Source: Mobula hypostoma (taxonomy: Eukaryota). From it: a stretch of 64,000 nucleotides of DNA. Within the stretch, counting starts at the first letter, position 1. Each line of letters opens with the position of its first letter. This document shows, one piece after another, positions 1 to 12,990 of this stretch. A program made the position numbers and the translations under genes. The notes under the pieces are model-generated. The model was not told the DNA's origin. It made no database searches and worked only from the letters and a program-made list of their open reading frames with translations. The DNA is taken from NCBI RefSeq assembly GCF_963921235.1, contig NC_086109.1:28832001-28896000 (forward strand), read 5' to 3'.

Positions 1-950
1 ACAAACGTGCCTACTGGGCCCTATACATTCTCATTCAAATTATTGCTATAGATGACAAATAACTATGAACCAAGCACTGACCAAGATACATTGGTCATGT
101 GTCTCTACTCTGAGAAACAATCTTTTACCAGTATCCCTTGCTTCCTTCAATCAACCAATTTTGTATCCAGTTTGCTAGCTCACCCTGGATCCCATATAAT
201 CTAACCTTCCTGTGCAGTGTACAATCTGGAAACTTGCTGAAGCCCACTTAGATCAGATCTATTGCTCTGCCATCATTGCAGCCTTCTTGGCTACTTCAAA
301 AAACTCAGTCTAATTCATAAGTCACGATCTCCCATGCACAAAGCCATGTTGACTATCCCTAATCAACCCCTGTCTTTCTAAATAAATGTAGATCTTATCC
401 CTCAGAATCCCTTCCAATATTATGCTTACCACAGATGTTGTCCTTACTGATCTATAGTCCCCAGGTTATTCTTTGCAACTCTTCTTAAAAAAAGGCAGAA
501 CATTAGCCATCATCCAGACTTCAGATACCTCACCTGTCACTCAAAATAATGCATATATCTCAGCCAGGGATCCCTAACCTTCTTCTCCAGCTTCCTGCAG
601 CATTCTTGGATGTACATGAATAGGCCCTGGAGATTTATTTATCTTCATATGTTTTAAAATGCCCTGAACACCTCTCTACTTTAATGAGGGCTCTCCTCCA
701 GACATCCTCATTAACTGTTCTGAGCTCCCTAGTGTTCATATCTTTTTCCAAGGTAAAAACAGAGAAATGTTCACTTCCTGTGGCTGTTGCTGATCCACAC
801 ATAGATATCCAGCTTAGTCCTTGAGGAGTCCTATTTGTCCCCAGTAACTCTTTTTATATTAACATACTTATAAAAACTCTTTGTATTCTTATTTTTTTCC
901 TGACAAAGCTATCTTAGGCCTCCTAATTTTGCCCTCCTAATTTCCTTCTT
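1..950 (-). mobile_element. Old, degenerate CR1 LINE ORF2 (RT region) fragment
   Basis: Minus-strand translation gives broken CR1 RT motifs: WMMANVLPFFKK, PGDYRSV, LEGILRDKIYIYLERQGLIRDSQHGFVHGRS. Many stops and indels. Confidence 0.8.
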
Positions 951-1119
951 AAGTTAACACCTGCAAACCCAATACTCCTCCACTTGTTTCTAGCTGTCTG
1001 TACCTGAATACAATTCACTGAAGTCATTAGGTCTTCTGTTGTTCAGTTGAACGTTCTACCTAAAACCTTAATGCTCTGGTTCCACTTTCCACAAATGCTA
1101 CCTAACCACCTTGGGTTTA

Positions 1120-2335
1120 GAATCCAAATCCAATTTATTGTCATTGACGTATTAGGCCAAAAGACATACAGTACTGTGCGAATGTGTTAGGCACACTAGA
1201 TTTTTTACATGGCTTTAGATTGCATGGGCTCCAGAGAACCCTGATCTCAACATCACCGAGGCTGTTTGGGATTACCTGCAGAGACAGAAGCAAGCCAGAC
1301 ACCCAAAGTCTGCAGAAGAACTGTGGATACTTGGAACAACGTACCAGTCGATTTTCTTATAAAAATGCATGACAGTGTACCTAATGGAAGCAGTTTAAAA
1401 GACAAGGGGTGGTCACAGCAAATAGCAATTTAATTTAGATTTTTTCACTGTTTACTGCTCTTTATACTAATTTTTTGATATTTAAAAACTTTTCATTTCA
1501 AAACTTTTGAAAGCATCTTCACGTCATAGAAATTTTTTACAGGTGGGTAAGACTTTTGCACAGTACTGCATTTGTTGTGAAAGATTTTGCGTTATGGCAG
1601 TTGTATGGAGCAAGACATTAAAAATTACCGAAAGTTTCAATGGAAAAAAACAGAGTACAAACATGGAATAGTGAGGTAGTGTTCATGGATTCATGGACTG
1701 CTCAGAAATCTGATGGCAGAGAAGAGGTTGTTCCTAAAACATTAAGTCTGTGTCTTCAGGCTCCTGTAGCTCCTTCCTGATGTAGTAATGAGAAAAGGTC
1801 ATGTTCCAGATGATGATGGTCTATCAAGATAGGTGGCACTTTCTTAAGGCACTGCCTTTTGAAGATGTCCTTGAGGTGGGGATGTTTGTAACCATGATGG
1901 ATGAGTTAACAACCCTGTGCAGACTATTTTGATCAAGTGCATTGGAGCCTTCACACCAGTCAGAATATGCTCCGCATTGCATCTGTAGAAATTTGCGAGA
2001 ATCTTTGATGACATACCAAATCTCTGGTAACTCCTAATGATATATAGCAGCTGGCATACCTTCTTTGTGTTAATATCAATATGTTGGTCCCAGGATAGAT
2101 CCCCTAAGGCGATGACACCCAGGAATTTGAAGCTGCTCATCCTTTTCACAGCTGACCTCTCAATGAGGACTGGCGTGTGTTCCAACTTCCTCCTGCTGAA
2201 GTCATCAATCAATTCCTTGGCCTTGCTGACTTTGAGTGCAAGGTTGTTGTTACAACAGCCCTCAGCCAGCTGATCTATTTCACTCCTGTGCATCTCCTTG
2301 TCGCCATTGGATTCTACCAGTGACAGTGAAGTCAC
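1120..2335 (-). mobile_element. Rex1/Babar-clade LINE 3' fragment, interrupted by a Tc1 derivative
   Basis: ORF 1844..2335 has NNLALKVSKAKELIDDF..SSFKFLGV..LSWDQHID..NFYRC (RT C-terminal region). The 3' tail resembles other Rex copies in the window. Confidence 0.8.
1169..1568 (+). mobile_element. Internally deleted Tc1-family DNA transposon
   Basis: TIRs cagtactgtgcgaatgtgttagg / taagacttttgcacagtactg, with TA on the left and CA on the right. Internal remnant PENPDLNITEAVWDYLQ...RGGHSK matches the Tc1 SPDLNPIE..W C-terminus. Confidence 0.85.
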
Positions 2336-2608
2336 TGGTGAAGTATCTTTTGTTTCAGGTATTTTCTGTTTTTATTTCAGGCTTACAACATCTGCAGTAT
2401 TTAAGCAAAATGGTTGACATGAACATGCTGAGGGAAGGGCCAATTTCTGTACTATTGCATGACTCCAACACAACCTTTCTATTTTGCAGTGGAAAAATGA
2501 AAGCTGACACAGCTACACAGGAAATCTGTAGATGCTGGAAATTCAAGCAACACACATCAAGGTTGCTGGTGAACGCAGCAGGCCAGGCAGCATCTCTAGG
2601 AAGAGGTA

Positions 2609-2646
2609 CAGTCGACGTTTCGGGCCAAGACCCTTCGTCAGGACTA
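2609..2646 (-). ncRNA. Minimal type I hammerhead ribozyme in the Penelope terminus
   Basis: Minus strand reads TAGTC-CTGACGA-A-GGGT-CTTG-GCCC-GAAA-C-GTC-GACTG: CUGANGA and GAAA core boxes, stems I and II, GUC cleavage triplet, rudimentary stem III. Confidence 0.8.
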
Positions 2647-2934
2647 ACTGAAAGAAGAGCTAGTAAGAGATCTGAAAGTGGGAGGGGGAGGGGGAGATGC
2701 AAAATGATAGGAGAAGACATGAGGGGGAGGGATGGAGCCAAGAGCTGGACAGGTGATTGGCAAAAGGGATATGAGAGGATCATGGGACAGGAGGCCCAGG
2801 GAGAAAGAAAAGGGGGAGGGGGGAAAAGCCCAGAGGATGGGCAAAGGGTATAGTGAGAGGGACAAAGGAAAGAGAGAAAAAGAATGTGTGTATATAAATA
2901 AATAATGGATGAGGTACGAGGGGGAGGTGGGGCA

Positions 2935-3261
2935 TTAGCGGAAGTTTGAGAAGTCAATGTTCATGCCATCAGGTTGGAGGCTACCCAGACGGAATATAAG
3001 GTGTTGTTCCTCCAACCTGAGTGTGGCTTCATCTTTACAGTAGAGGAGACCGTGGATAGACATATCAGAATGGGAATGGGACATGGAATTAAAATGTGTG
3101 GCCACTGGGAGATCCTGCTTTCTCTGGCGGACAGAGCGTAGGTGTTTAGTGAAATGATCTCTCTGTCTGCGTCGGGTTTCACCAATATATAGAAGGCCAC
3201 ATCGGGAGCACCGGACGCAGTATATCACCCCAGTCGACTCACAGGTGAAGTGTCGCCTCAC
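2935..3261 (-). pseudogene. Penelope GIY-YIG endonuclease domain remnant
   Basis: VIY-x-CxxC-LYIGET motif with conserved His residues and C-terminal P-x-G-x-N. Confidence 0.9.
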
Positions 3262-4554
3262 CTGGAAGGACTGTTTGGGGCCCTGAATGGTGGTAAGGGA
3301 GGAAGTGTAAGGGCATGTGTAGCACTTGTTCTGCTTACAAGGACAAGTGCCAGGAGGGAGATCGGTGGGGAGGGATGGGGGGGACGAATGGACAAGGGAG
3401 TCGCGTAGGGAGCGATCCCTGCGGAAAGCTGGGGGGGGGAGGGAAAGATGTGCTTAGTGGTGGGATCCCATTAGAGGTGGTGGAAGTTACGAGGAAAAAT
3501 ATGTTGGACCCAGAGGCTGGTGGGGTGGTAGGTGAGGACAAGGGGAACCCTATTCCTAGTGGGGTGGCAGGAGGATGGAGTGAGAGCAGGTGTGCGTGAA
3601 ATGGGGGAGATGCGTTTGAGAGCAGAATTGATGGTGGAGAAAGGGAAGCCCCTTTCTTTAAAAAAGGAGGACATCTCCCTCATCCTGGAATAAAAAGCCT
3701 CATCCTGAGAGCAGATGCGGCGGAGATGGAGGAATTGCGAGAAGGGGATAGCATCTTTGCAAGAGACAGGGTGAGATATGACACAGCTGTCATATTTCAA
3801 AACAAACATAGATCACAGTTTGACATCTTGCATGGAAGCATCAATCAGTCCCCCTTCCATGTGCCTCTGCCTGTCCTAGGTTGCAGATACTGTGACTGCA
3901 ACAGCTTCTATATAGCTTACTGCTGATGCTGGCTTTGGACCATGTCTTCTTTCTGTATGCAGCAGCAATCTGGTCAAAAGTACTGGCAGGATAGCGGAAA
4001 GATGTACCCTTAGCAAATACAGCAGGTTTATTCTCTTGTTTCATTTGGCAGCAAACCTACTAAATGCTTTGACTACAGACTGATAGATTGTTGTGCTACC
4101 TTGTAAATTCCTTTGAATGCTGGCACCCTGAGATCTCAGTTGTCTGTGCTTGCACAGCAGTAAACAGCCATTGTACAGCAGTAAAGAAGTAAAGCGTTCC
4201 ACTGCAGACTCAGATATTGGATAACTTCTTTTCATACTGATAAATATATTCATCCATCAGATATTGCATTGGGCTTAGATCTGTAACAATGCCAACTAAG
4301 TTGCTCATCACATCCAAGTCAGGAATGATGGGCTCCAAGTTCTGCACAATGTTTTTTGATTTTGTTTTTTCATTTTCTGGGGTCTAGACGTAACTGAATA
4401 GACCCGCATTTATTTCCCAAGCCTAATTGCCTTTGACAAGAAGTTGGTAAATATACGTCTGAGGCCGTTAGAAGTCATTTTCATTGGATGGGCCAGCTGG
4501 CACAAAAAGGCCAGACTATTTAAGCAACGGCAGGTTTCCCTCCCGGATGGACAG

Positions 4555-4648
4555 GAACCAGAATCAGGTTTATTACCCCGAACATATGTTGTGAAATTTG
4601 TTGTTTTGTGGCGGCAGTACAGTGCAAAACATAAAATATACTAATTAA

Positions 4649-4696
<48 letters not shown>

Positions 4697-4820
4697 CACA
4701 CAGTATATATATGAGGAGAAGTGCAAAAAGAGAGCAAAAATAGTGAAGTAGTGTTTATGAGTTTGTTTTCCATTCTGAAATCTGATGACAGAGCTGTTCC
4801 CAAAACGTGGAGTGAAGCAG
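4555..4820 (-). mobile_element. Rex1/Babar LINE 3'-tail fragment
   Basis: agaatcaggtttatt...catatgttgtgaaatttgttgttttgtggcggcagtacagtgcaa recurs in other Rex tails (16230, 24098, 51375). Confidence 0.6.
4659..4694. repeat. (CA)18 microsatellite
   Basis: Direct reading. Confidence 0.95.
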
Positions 4821-4821
4821 A

Positions 4822-5122
4822 TTTATTGTTTATTTATTTGTTAAAATACAGCATGGAACAGACCACTCCAGCCCATCGAGCCACACCACCCAGCAACCCA
4901 CCTATTTATCTCTAACGTAATCAGGGGACAATTAACAATTACTAATTAACCCTAGTAACCGGTAGTAGGTTAGGCTTTGGATTGTGGGAGGAGACCGGAA
5001 AACCCAGAGGAAACCCACGCAGTCATGGGAAGAATGTACAATCTCCTTACGGGCAGTAGCGGGAATTGAACCCGGGTCACTAGTACTGTAAAGTGTTGTC
5101 CTAACCACTATGCTATCATACC
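4822..5122 (-). mobile_element. tRNA-derived V-SINE (HE1-like)
   Basis: Minus-strand head has A box TAGCATAGTGG and B box GGTTCAATTCC. Central GGGTTTCCTCTGGGTTTTCCGGTCTCCTCCCACAATCCAAAG resembles the V-domain. A second copy lies at 34040. Confidence 0.8.
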
Positions 5123-6139
5123 AGTCCATGGATTCTTACTGCAGTCAGCTAGTTTCTTTAGAGTCAACATTACTAAGATTAGTTGCTGGTGTTTTCCTCA
5201 AGTTATTAATGTAATTTGAATTCCACATCTGTTGTAGCATTTGAACTCAAGCATCCAGATTATTAGTCTAGTTAGTCAACCGGTGTGCCAACATCATACC
5301 TAAAATTAAGTGTAGGTTTTGAGCAGATGTTTCAATGCACCAAGTATTATATCAAACATACCCACGAACCTTCTTCTGCAGACTGTCCTATGTAAAATCC
5401 ATTGTAGCAAAAGTCAAATGTAGCTTGTAAGTGTGGTAGTATCACAACTTTACTTTCTCTTGATGAGACACATGCAGATTCCATCCCTAGACTAACCACT
5501 CAGTTATATAGCCAGTGGCTGTGATGGTTAAATTGAGCAATGATATAGCTTCCCCAATGTTTTCTTTAAATTCTCACCACTACTTGGCCATTTAGAAGTA
5601 TCTGGTGATATAAAGAGTGTAAGGCAGACTGGTAGAAGAAAAGGAAAAGAGGGATGTAAAGTTAGAATTAACTGGCTACACAATTTGCACTTTGAAAATC
5701 AGGAAAGACCCTTGAATGTAAGAAGAGCAATTCAAGAAGGAAAAAAGTTGAGGAAAGATAGAAATATGCATATGTGAAGACATGGTTTGACTGTGATAAC
5801 CTAGTATAAACCATGTAGCCACTTCACTAATTAATAACAATTAATTAGTTTAATTACGGTTGCATCACCGCATGTCTGGAAACACCGATGCCCTTGTGCA
5901 TGCAACCCTCTCACGGCTTGTTAGCTAACTCTGCTACTAGCCATGTGATTCAGTGGTGAGAAGGCCACCTTTCATAAGCAAAGCACATCTGGAGTTGGTA
6001 TGATTGGAGACTCAACCAAAAAGGAATGTGGGGATGTTCCAATTAAAGAAATCTCAACTTGAGTTAATGCTGTGTAAATACTATCCATACACAGTTATTG
6101 GTAGCCCATAAGTGACATCGCACACCAACATAAAATTAT

Positions 6140-6462
6140 TATATATATATATATATATGCATCCGTTAGTCTCGTGAGATGATGGATTTGCGCCTTGGAA
6201 GTTTCCAGGGCGTAGGCCTGGGCAAGGTTGTATGGAAGACCGGCAGTTGCCCATGCTGCAAGTCTCCCCTCTCCACGCCACTGATGTTGTCCAAGGGAAG
6301 GGCACTAGGGCCAATACAGCTAGGCACCGGTGTCGTCTCAGAGCAATGCATGGTTAAGTGTCTTGCTTAAGGACACAACACGCTTCCTCAGCTGAGGCTC
6401 GAACTAGCGACCTTCAGATCACTAGACCGATGCCTTAACCACTTGGTCATGCGCCAACACAG
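6140..6462 (-). mobile_element. tRNA-derived CORE-like SINE with RTE-related 3' part and (TA)n tail
   Basis: Head TGACCAAGTGG..AGTTCGAGCC; CORE-like TGTGTCCTTAAGCAAGACACTTAACC. 11-bp TSD cataaaattat at 6129-6139 and 6463-6473. Paralog at 56777. Confidence 0.85.
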
Positions 6463-7416
6463 CATAAAATTATAAAAAAGTATATTTACCAATTTTCAAC
6501 TTCACCAGACAATTAAAGGTAAAGAAAAAGAAGGATAAAGAGGTCCATTACAGTTAAACCAGTCTTATTGTGCACAGAAACGTTGTTCATATTGGTAGTA
6601 GCCAGGTGACTCACAGTGCTGAATTCTCATCACTAATGACAGGTAGAACCTCCCTTCTTGGAATCCTCCACCTCGCGAAGCACTTCTTGGAATAGGTCTT
6701 TCCTTCGAATGGAATCCTCCAGGTGTCTTCCATATTGCTATTCTCTCCACACCTCCCAACAAAAGACCTCAAACCAGACTAGTGTCCTTCAGAAAACTCT
6801 TCCTGCCCAGCTTTTAAGAATGTTCCCTAACAGTAGAAATCTTAACCAGGGCATTGCATATGGAAAAGCTTTCAAAAATCGTGGATATGCCCAGTTCATC
6901 ACGGGTAAAGACCTCCCCACCAAAGAGCACATGTACAGTATATGGAGCAGTGTCACTGGAAAGTAGCATCCATCATTAAGGACCACTCCATCCAGGAAAT
7001 GCTCTCTTTGAACTTCGAACTTCAGTAATTATCAGATATCATTCATTCACAATGAGATCAATTTATGGAAAATTAGCCAAGATCAAAAGGTAATTGATGT
7101 TTCTAAAAACAAATCCTATCATAAATGGAAGAGCGGAAGAGAATCTGTGAAGAAAAGATATCCCAAAAATATCCCAAAAAACTGACTAAAATTATCTGTC
7201 CTTATTCTGCTTCAGAGCGAAGGGCCACTTACAGCTTTCTCCTATGCAAATATCCTGTTCAAGCATTCAATGCAATCTTTTTAAGAGCTGTTTCCCAAAT
7301 TTTCCTGCCAAGGTTTCCAGTCTTTAGTTAAGTCAACTCCACAATGACTAAACATTTTACAGACATCCATCTAGTAAATCCCAAAAGACTAAAGAAGGAC
7401 AATGTTTACAGATATA

Positions 7417-7941
7417 CGAGGGATGATCGATAAGTTCGTGGCCTAAGGTAGAAGGAGACAATTTTAGAATACCTAGCACATTTATTTTTCAACATAGTTC
7501 GCTCTTACATTTGCACACTTAGTCCAGCGGTTGTGGAGCATATGGATCCATTCTTTGCAGAAGTTGGCATCTTGGACCTCCAGAAAGTTGTCCACAGCAG
7601 GGGTGATTGATAAGTTTGTGGCCTCGGGTAGAAGGAGATGAGTTATTAACTTCAAACTTTGTGCATAATCACTCAAAGAGTTTAACTGCACATGCATGTA
7701 ACAAGAGCAATATACCGCATCTTCTTCTACCTTAGGCTACAAACTTACCAATCACCCCTGCTGTGGACCACTTTCTGGAGGTCCAAGACACCGACTTCTA
7801 CAAAGAAGGGATCCGTATGCTCCAAGACCGCTGGACTAAGTGTGTAAATGTAGGAGGGGACTATGTTGAAAAATAAATGTGCTAAGTTTTCTAAAATTGA
7901 CTCCTTCTGTCTTAGGCCTCAAACTTATCCATCACCCCTTG
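7417..7941. mobile_element. Mariner-derived fold-back MITE with four TIR copies
   Basis: TA-flanked. Outer TIRs cgagggatgatcgataagttcgtggcctaagg / cttaggcctcaaacttatccatcaccccttg; inner TIR pair bounds 7599-7759. Both arms carry the mariner C-terminus (DFYKEGIRMLQDRWTKCVNVGGDYVEK). Confidence 0.88.
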
Positions 7942-8639
7942 TATATGTCATCCATTTGTGAAAAGCATAAAATATTGTCTTCAATTAAATATAAAATATT
8001 CTTGGTGTTTATCAAGGTAAGTGATGCTCATTGTGCTGAAAATACTGATAGATGAATGAGTTTTGAACCCTTTTGAAATGTGATGTAATCAACAGTGGAG
8101 ATGCAGATCTGGTGTTCATTCTGTCAGTTAGCTGCAAAAATCTGACAGGATATGCAAATAAAGCGGAAACTTGCTTCCAGGAAAAGGCAAAGACAAGAAC
8201 CATTACACTGATGTTCAGTAAGATGATCACTCAGTTCTCAGAATGCTGATCTCTGATTATTGTTTGACGTTATCATTTCCGCAATGCTGTAGTTGAAAAT
8301 GTGGTCCCAGTATTGTATTACTTGATTGGTCATTCGGCAAAATTAATTGTGTGAGCTTAGAGAGTATACATATGTATCATCATTTGGTGTCCTACTAGCA
8401 AAACAAAAGGAAATAAAATAAAGTGATTTTCTTTTTGAAAATATTTTAAGACAATAGCTCAGTATTGCCTTTTGAGTTAATTATTATTACAGTTATTGAT
8501 GACACCATTAGAAATAAACATTTTCTCATGATTCAGGATCATTTATTTATCATACGCTGTAGAAATTTGATATGACCAATTGATTATGAAAATATTTGTA
8601 AACTTGTCCTTTTTCTTTTTAATTATTTTTCATTGTTAT

Positions 8640-9094
8640 TAAATTTGGTATTGGTTTATTATTGCCATCTGCACTAGGATGCACACTGTTCATACTGATC
8701 AAATCATTACATGGTACAATGAAGTAGAACAAGGGTGAAAACAATGACAACTCAGAATAAAGTGCAAAGGCTACAGAAGGAGTACAGTGCAGGTGAACAA
8801 TAAAGTTCAAGATCTTAATGAGGTGGATTGTAAGGCCAAGACTCCATTTTATCATACTAGAGAACTATTTAGTATTCTTATTGTTGTGGGATAGAAGCTG
8901 TCTTTGAACCTTGTGGGACATGTTTTCAGGATTTTATATCTTCTGCCTGATGGAAGTGGGGAGAAGCAGGGATGACTGGGGTGAGATAGGTCTTTGATTT
9001 TCCTGGCTGATTTACTAAGGGTGTGAGAAGTATAGATGGAGTCCATGGAAGAGAGGGTGGTTTCCACGATGTGCTGAGCTGTGTCCATAACTCT
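8640..9094 (-). mobile_element. Older Rex1/Babar LINE, 3' part (continues at 12163-12990)
   Basis: ORF 8852..9088 KIKDLSHPSHPCFSPLPSGRRY..TRFKDSFYPTTIRILN. Confidence 0.8.
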
Positions 9095-12000
9095 TTATAC
9101 TTTATACTTTATTGTCGCCAAACAATTGACACTAGAACATACAATCATCACAGCGATATTTGATTCTGCGCTTCCCGCTCCCTGGTTTACAAATATTAAA
9201 TATTAAAAATATTTTTAAAATGTAAAAATTAGTAAATATTAAAAAATTAAATTGTAAATCATAAATAGAAAATAGAAAAATGGAAAGTAAGGTAGTGCAA
9301 AAAAAACCGAGAAGCAGGTCCGGATATTTGGAGGCTGCGGCCCAGATCCGGGTTAGGATCCGTTCAGCAGTCTTAAGAAGTTGGAAAGAAGCTGTTCCCA
9401 AATCTGGCCGTACGAGTCTTCAAGCTCCTGAACCTTCTCCCAGAGGGAAGAGGGACAAAAAGTGTGTTGGCTGGGTGGATCGTGTCGTTCATTATCCTGG
9501 CAGCACTGCTCCAACAGCGTGCGGTGTAAAGTGAGTCCACGGAGAGAAGATTGGTTTGTGTGATGTGTTGCGCTGTGTTCATGATCTTCTGCAGCTTCTT
9601 TCAATCTTGGACAGGACAACTTCCATTCCAGGTTGTGATGCACTCTAGAAGAATGCTTTCTACGGTGCATCTATAAAAATTAGTGAGGGTTTTAGGGGAC
9701 AGGCCAAATTTCTTTAAGTTTTCTCAGTAAAGGCGCTGGTGGGCCCTCTTGGCGGTGAACTCTGCTTGGTTGGACCAAGTCAGGTCATTTGTGATATTGA
9801 CCCTGAGGAACTTAAAGCTTTTGACCTGTTCCACTTGCGCACCACCGATGTAAACTGGGTCGTGCAGGCCGCTACTCCTTCTGAAGTCAAAAACCAATTC
9901 CTTCGTCTTGCTGACGTTGAGGGATAGGTTATTGTCTTCGCACCATGTCAACAGGTTCTTAATTTCCTCTCTATACTCAAATTTATCATTACCCGAGATA
10001 CGGTCTACAATTGTTGTGTCATCAGCAAACTTATATATTGAGTTTGATGGAAACTTGGCTACACAATCATAGGTGTACAGTGAGTACAGCAGGGGGCTGA
10101 GTACACAGCCTTGTGGGGCACCGGTGCTCAGAGTGATTGTAGAGGAGAGCTTGTCCCCTATTTTTACAGCCTGGGTACTGTCTGTGAGGAAGTTGAAGAT
10201 CCAGCTGCCGATTTGAGTGCTGAGGCCCAGATTCCGGAGCTTAGGAATCAGTTTATTTGGACTGATGGTATTAAAGGCAGAGCTGTAGTCAATGAAAAGG
10301 AGCCTTACGTATGCATCTTTATTCTCCAGGTGCTCTAAGGAGGAATGTAGGGCCGGACAGATGGCATCTGCCGTTGACCTATTGCTCTGGAAGGTGAATT
10401 GCAAAGCGTCGATGTTGACCGGTAGGCTGTGGTTGATGTGTGCCATAACCAATCTCTCGAAGTACTTCATAGCAATTGATGTCAGAGCCACAGGTCGATA
10501 GTCACCTTGCTCTTCTTCGACACTGGGATTATCGTTGCCTTCTTAAAACATGAGGGGATCTTAGACTGAAGCAAGGAGCAGTTGAAGATCTCAGCAAGCA
10601 CTCCAGCTAGCTCGCTTGCACAGGCCCGGAGAACCTGTCCTGGGACGCCTTCTGGGCCCGTCGCCTTCCTTGAATTTATCTTCAGGAAGGTCCTTCTAAC
10701 GTCCTCCTCGGTGACGATGAATCTCGATGCCACCAGGTCCGGTTCATCCGGAGGGAGCGGGGCATTCCTCTTCTGTTCGAATCTTGCGTAGAATACGTTA
10801 AGTTCGTCAGGAAGAGAAGCACCACAGTTATTGATATTCCCAGCCTTTTCTTTGCGCCCAGTGATCTCATTTAGACCCTGCCATAGTCTACTGGCATCCC
10901 TCTGGTTAGCCTGGGCTTCCAACTTGGCTTGATATTGCCTCTTGGCACCCTTAATGGCTTTCCGGAGTTCACGCCTGGATTCCGTGTAGCGACTGGTATC
11001 CTCGGACCTAAAAGCCGCAGCTCTAGCCTTTAAAAGGGACTTGACCTCATAATTCATCCAAGGTTTCCAGTTAGGGAATACCCGGATCATCTTGCGAGAC
11101 ACACAGTCCTCCGTGCATTTCCCAATAAAGTCCGTGACAGCTGAGGCATACTCATCGAGGTTAGCTGCCAAGTCCTTGAATACTAACTAGTCCACCGATT
11201 CAAAGCAGTCAAGGAGGACCTCATCCATTTCCTCCGTCCAACACGACACTACTTTTGACACCGTGACCTCCTGCTTCAGTTCCAGTTTGTAAGCCGGGGG
11301 GAGGAGTACGGCCTGATGGTCCGACTTTCCGAAGTCAACTCGTGGGATGGAACGGTAGGCATCCTTGACTGTTGTGTAGCAGTGGTCAATTATATTCAGG
11401 GCTCTAGTGGGACAGGAGACATGTTGGTATAACTTTGGCAGCGCCTTTCTAAGGTTGGCCTTGTTAAAGTCCCCGGCTGTAATGAGCAAAGCCTCTGGAT
11501 ACCTGGTCTCAAGTTCACTAATGTTGGCATACAGTATGTTCAGAGCACACTCTACATCCGCCTGGGGGGGGGAATGTAGACCGTTGTCAGTATGACCGAG
11601 GTGAATTCCAGTGGCAGATAGTAGGGACGCCACTTCACCGACAGGTGTTCCAGGTCCAGGCTGCAGGAGCTTGTCAGTGCCACTGTGTCCGAGCACCATG
11701 CAGTGTTGATCACCTCCTCTCGTCTTGCCTGATGATGCCGTGCGGTCCATCCAATGGATCGAAAATCCCCCTGGTCAGATGGCACAGTCGGGGATGGCAG
11801 GGGAGAGCCAGGTCTCGGTGAAACAGAATACACAACAGTTCTGCATCTCCCTGCAGTAGGTGAGTCTCCCTTTAAGATCATCCACCTTGTTCTCTATGGC
11901 ATGCACATTAGCTAGTAGGATGGTGGGCATAGGGACCCTGAAGCCCCTCAGCTTCAATCTGACCAGCAGCCCAGCTCTTTTCCCATGCTTCCTCGGTAAA

Positions 12001-12162
12001 TAGCGTACCTTTCCAGGTTTCCATCAATGCAGTGTGTTGTTGCCAGCTCTTTGAGGTTGATGGACGCATCCCGCAGGGATCGATCGGCGGGTCGCGTCGT
12101 CAGACGCTCCGGTTTGGGCCAAGTAACGGGGGAGGCTCCACTGCCACTTCCAGCTGCCGGGG
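9095..12162 (-). mobile_element. Young, near-full-length Rex1/Babar LINE (APE endonuclease + RT), frameshifted
   Basis: ORFs 11775..11957 (ILLANVHAIENK, FCFTETWL), 11187..11750 (GDFNKANL, GKSDH), 10482..11171, 9724..10491 ([26 protein letters not shown]) and 9373..9582. (TAAAGTA)n tail. Nested inside an older Rex element. Confidence 0.95.
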
Positions 12163-12990
12163 CAATCACAGGCACAGCAGCTGCATACCAAGCCATAGAG
12201 TGCATTCTATAGTGTATTGATAATTACTAGTAAGAGTCGGCAGGAACATCTCAAACTTTTTTAGCTTCCTATGGAAGTGGAGGCACTGGTGAGCTTTCTG
12301 GTCTATGGTGTCTATGTGGTTGCCAATTAGGTCAGTCTATTGGTGATGTTCACTCAGTCCTCTCAACCCCAACATTGTTGATGTAGACAAAAAACATATG
12401 CACCACTTCTCTTCCTGAAGTCAATAACCAGCTCTTTTGTTTCGCTGATATTGAGGGAAAGGATTTTTGAGGGCAACTTGTTACTAAGCTCTCTGTCTCC
12501 TTTCTGTACTCCAGCACATCATTATTTGAAACATGGCCCACTACAATGGTAACATCTGCAAACTTGTAGATGGAGTTAGAGCAGATTCTGGGTATCCAGT
12601 CGTGAATGTACAGGGAGTACTGTAGGAAGCTAAGGATACAACCTTGCGGACCCCCAGTGTTCGCGATAATCCATGTGTGTCCACATCGGTGACTGTGGGC
12701 TCAGGAGAACTGGAGGCTGTTGGGGTGGGTAGTGACATACATATTCCCTCTATTCCAAATAAGCATAAAATGAATTAAGCTCATCAGGAAGAGACATGCT
12801 GTTGTTAGCAATGCTGCCCGACTGTTGGACTGGTATGGTCTCTTAGGAAATCTGATTGATTTGCAGGGGTTGTCATGTCTTGATTTCTTGTATAGGTCAA
12901 GGTCATCAGATCTGAATGCTTTAGACCAAGACTTCAGAGAGGAGTGGATCTCCAAGTTCATCCATAGTTTTTGGTTTGGGAAAAATGTTT
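12163..12990 (-). mobile_element. Older Rex1/Babar LINE, upstream part, degenerate
   Basis: Remnants FPNQKLWMNLEIHSSLKSWSKAFRSDD, GVRKVV, YRKETESLVT. The sequence rejoins the 8640-9094 piece. Confidence 0.7.

Larger units (their letters stand above)
2515..3775 (-). mobile_element. Penelope-like element, 5'-truncated (RT C-terminus, GIY-YIG endonuclease, terminal repeat)
   Basis: ORF 3471..3809 HPVSCKDAIPFSQFLHLRRICS..FFKERGFP. ORF 2935..3261 VIYCVRCSRCGLLYIGET..HLR..VATHFN..EQHLIFRLGSLQPDGMN. Confidence 0.92.

Noticed and set aside
2236..2957. ~200-aa ORFs on both strands, repeated at 32838-33198
   Set aside because: They span the low-complexity non-coding Penelope terminus; no recognisable protein.
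3780..4350. Adjacent short minus-strand ORFs (3841..4044, 4041..4253) as a possible exon or pseudogene
   Set aside because: No recognisable domain, stops in all frames, no convincing splice sites.
6385..6460. tRNA gene (also 5050-5122 and 57015-57090)
   Set aside because: These A/B-box heads run straight into SINE bodies and tails; no complete cloverleaf.
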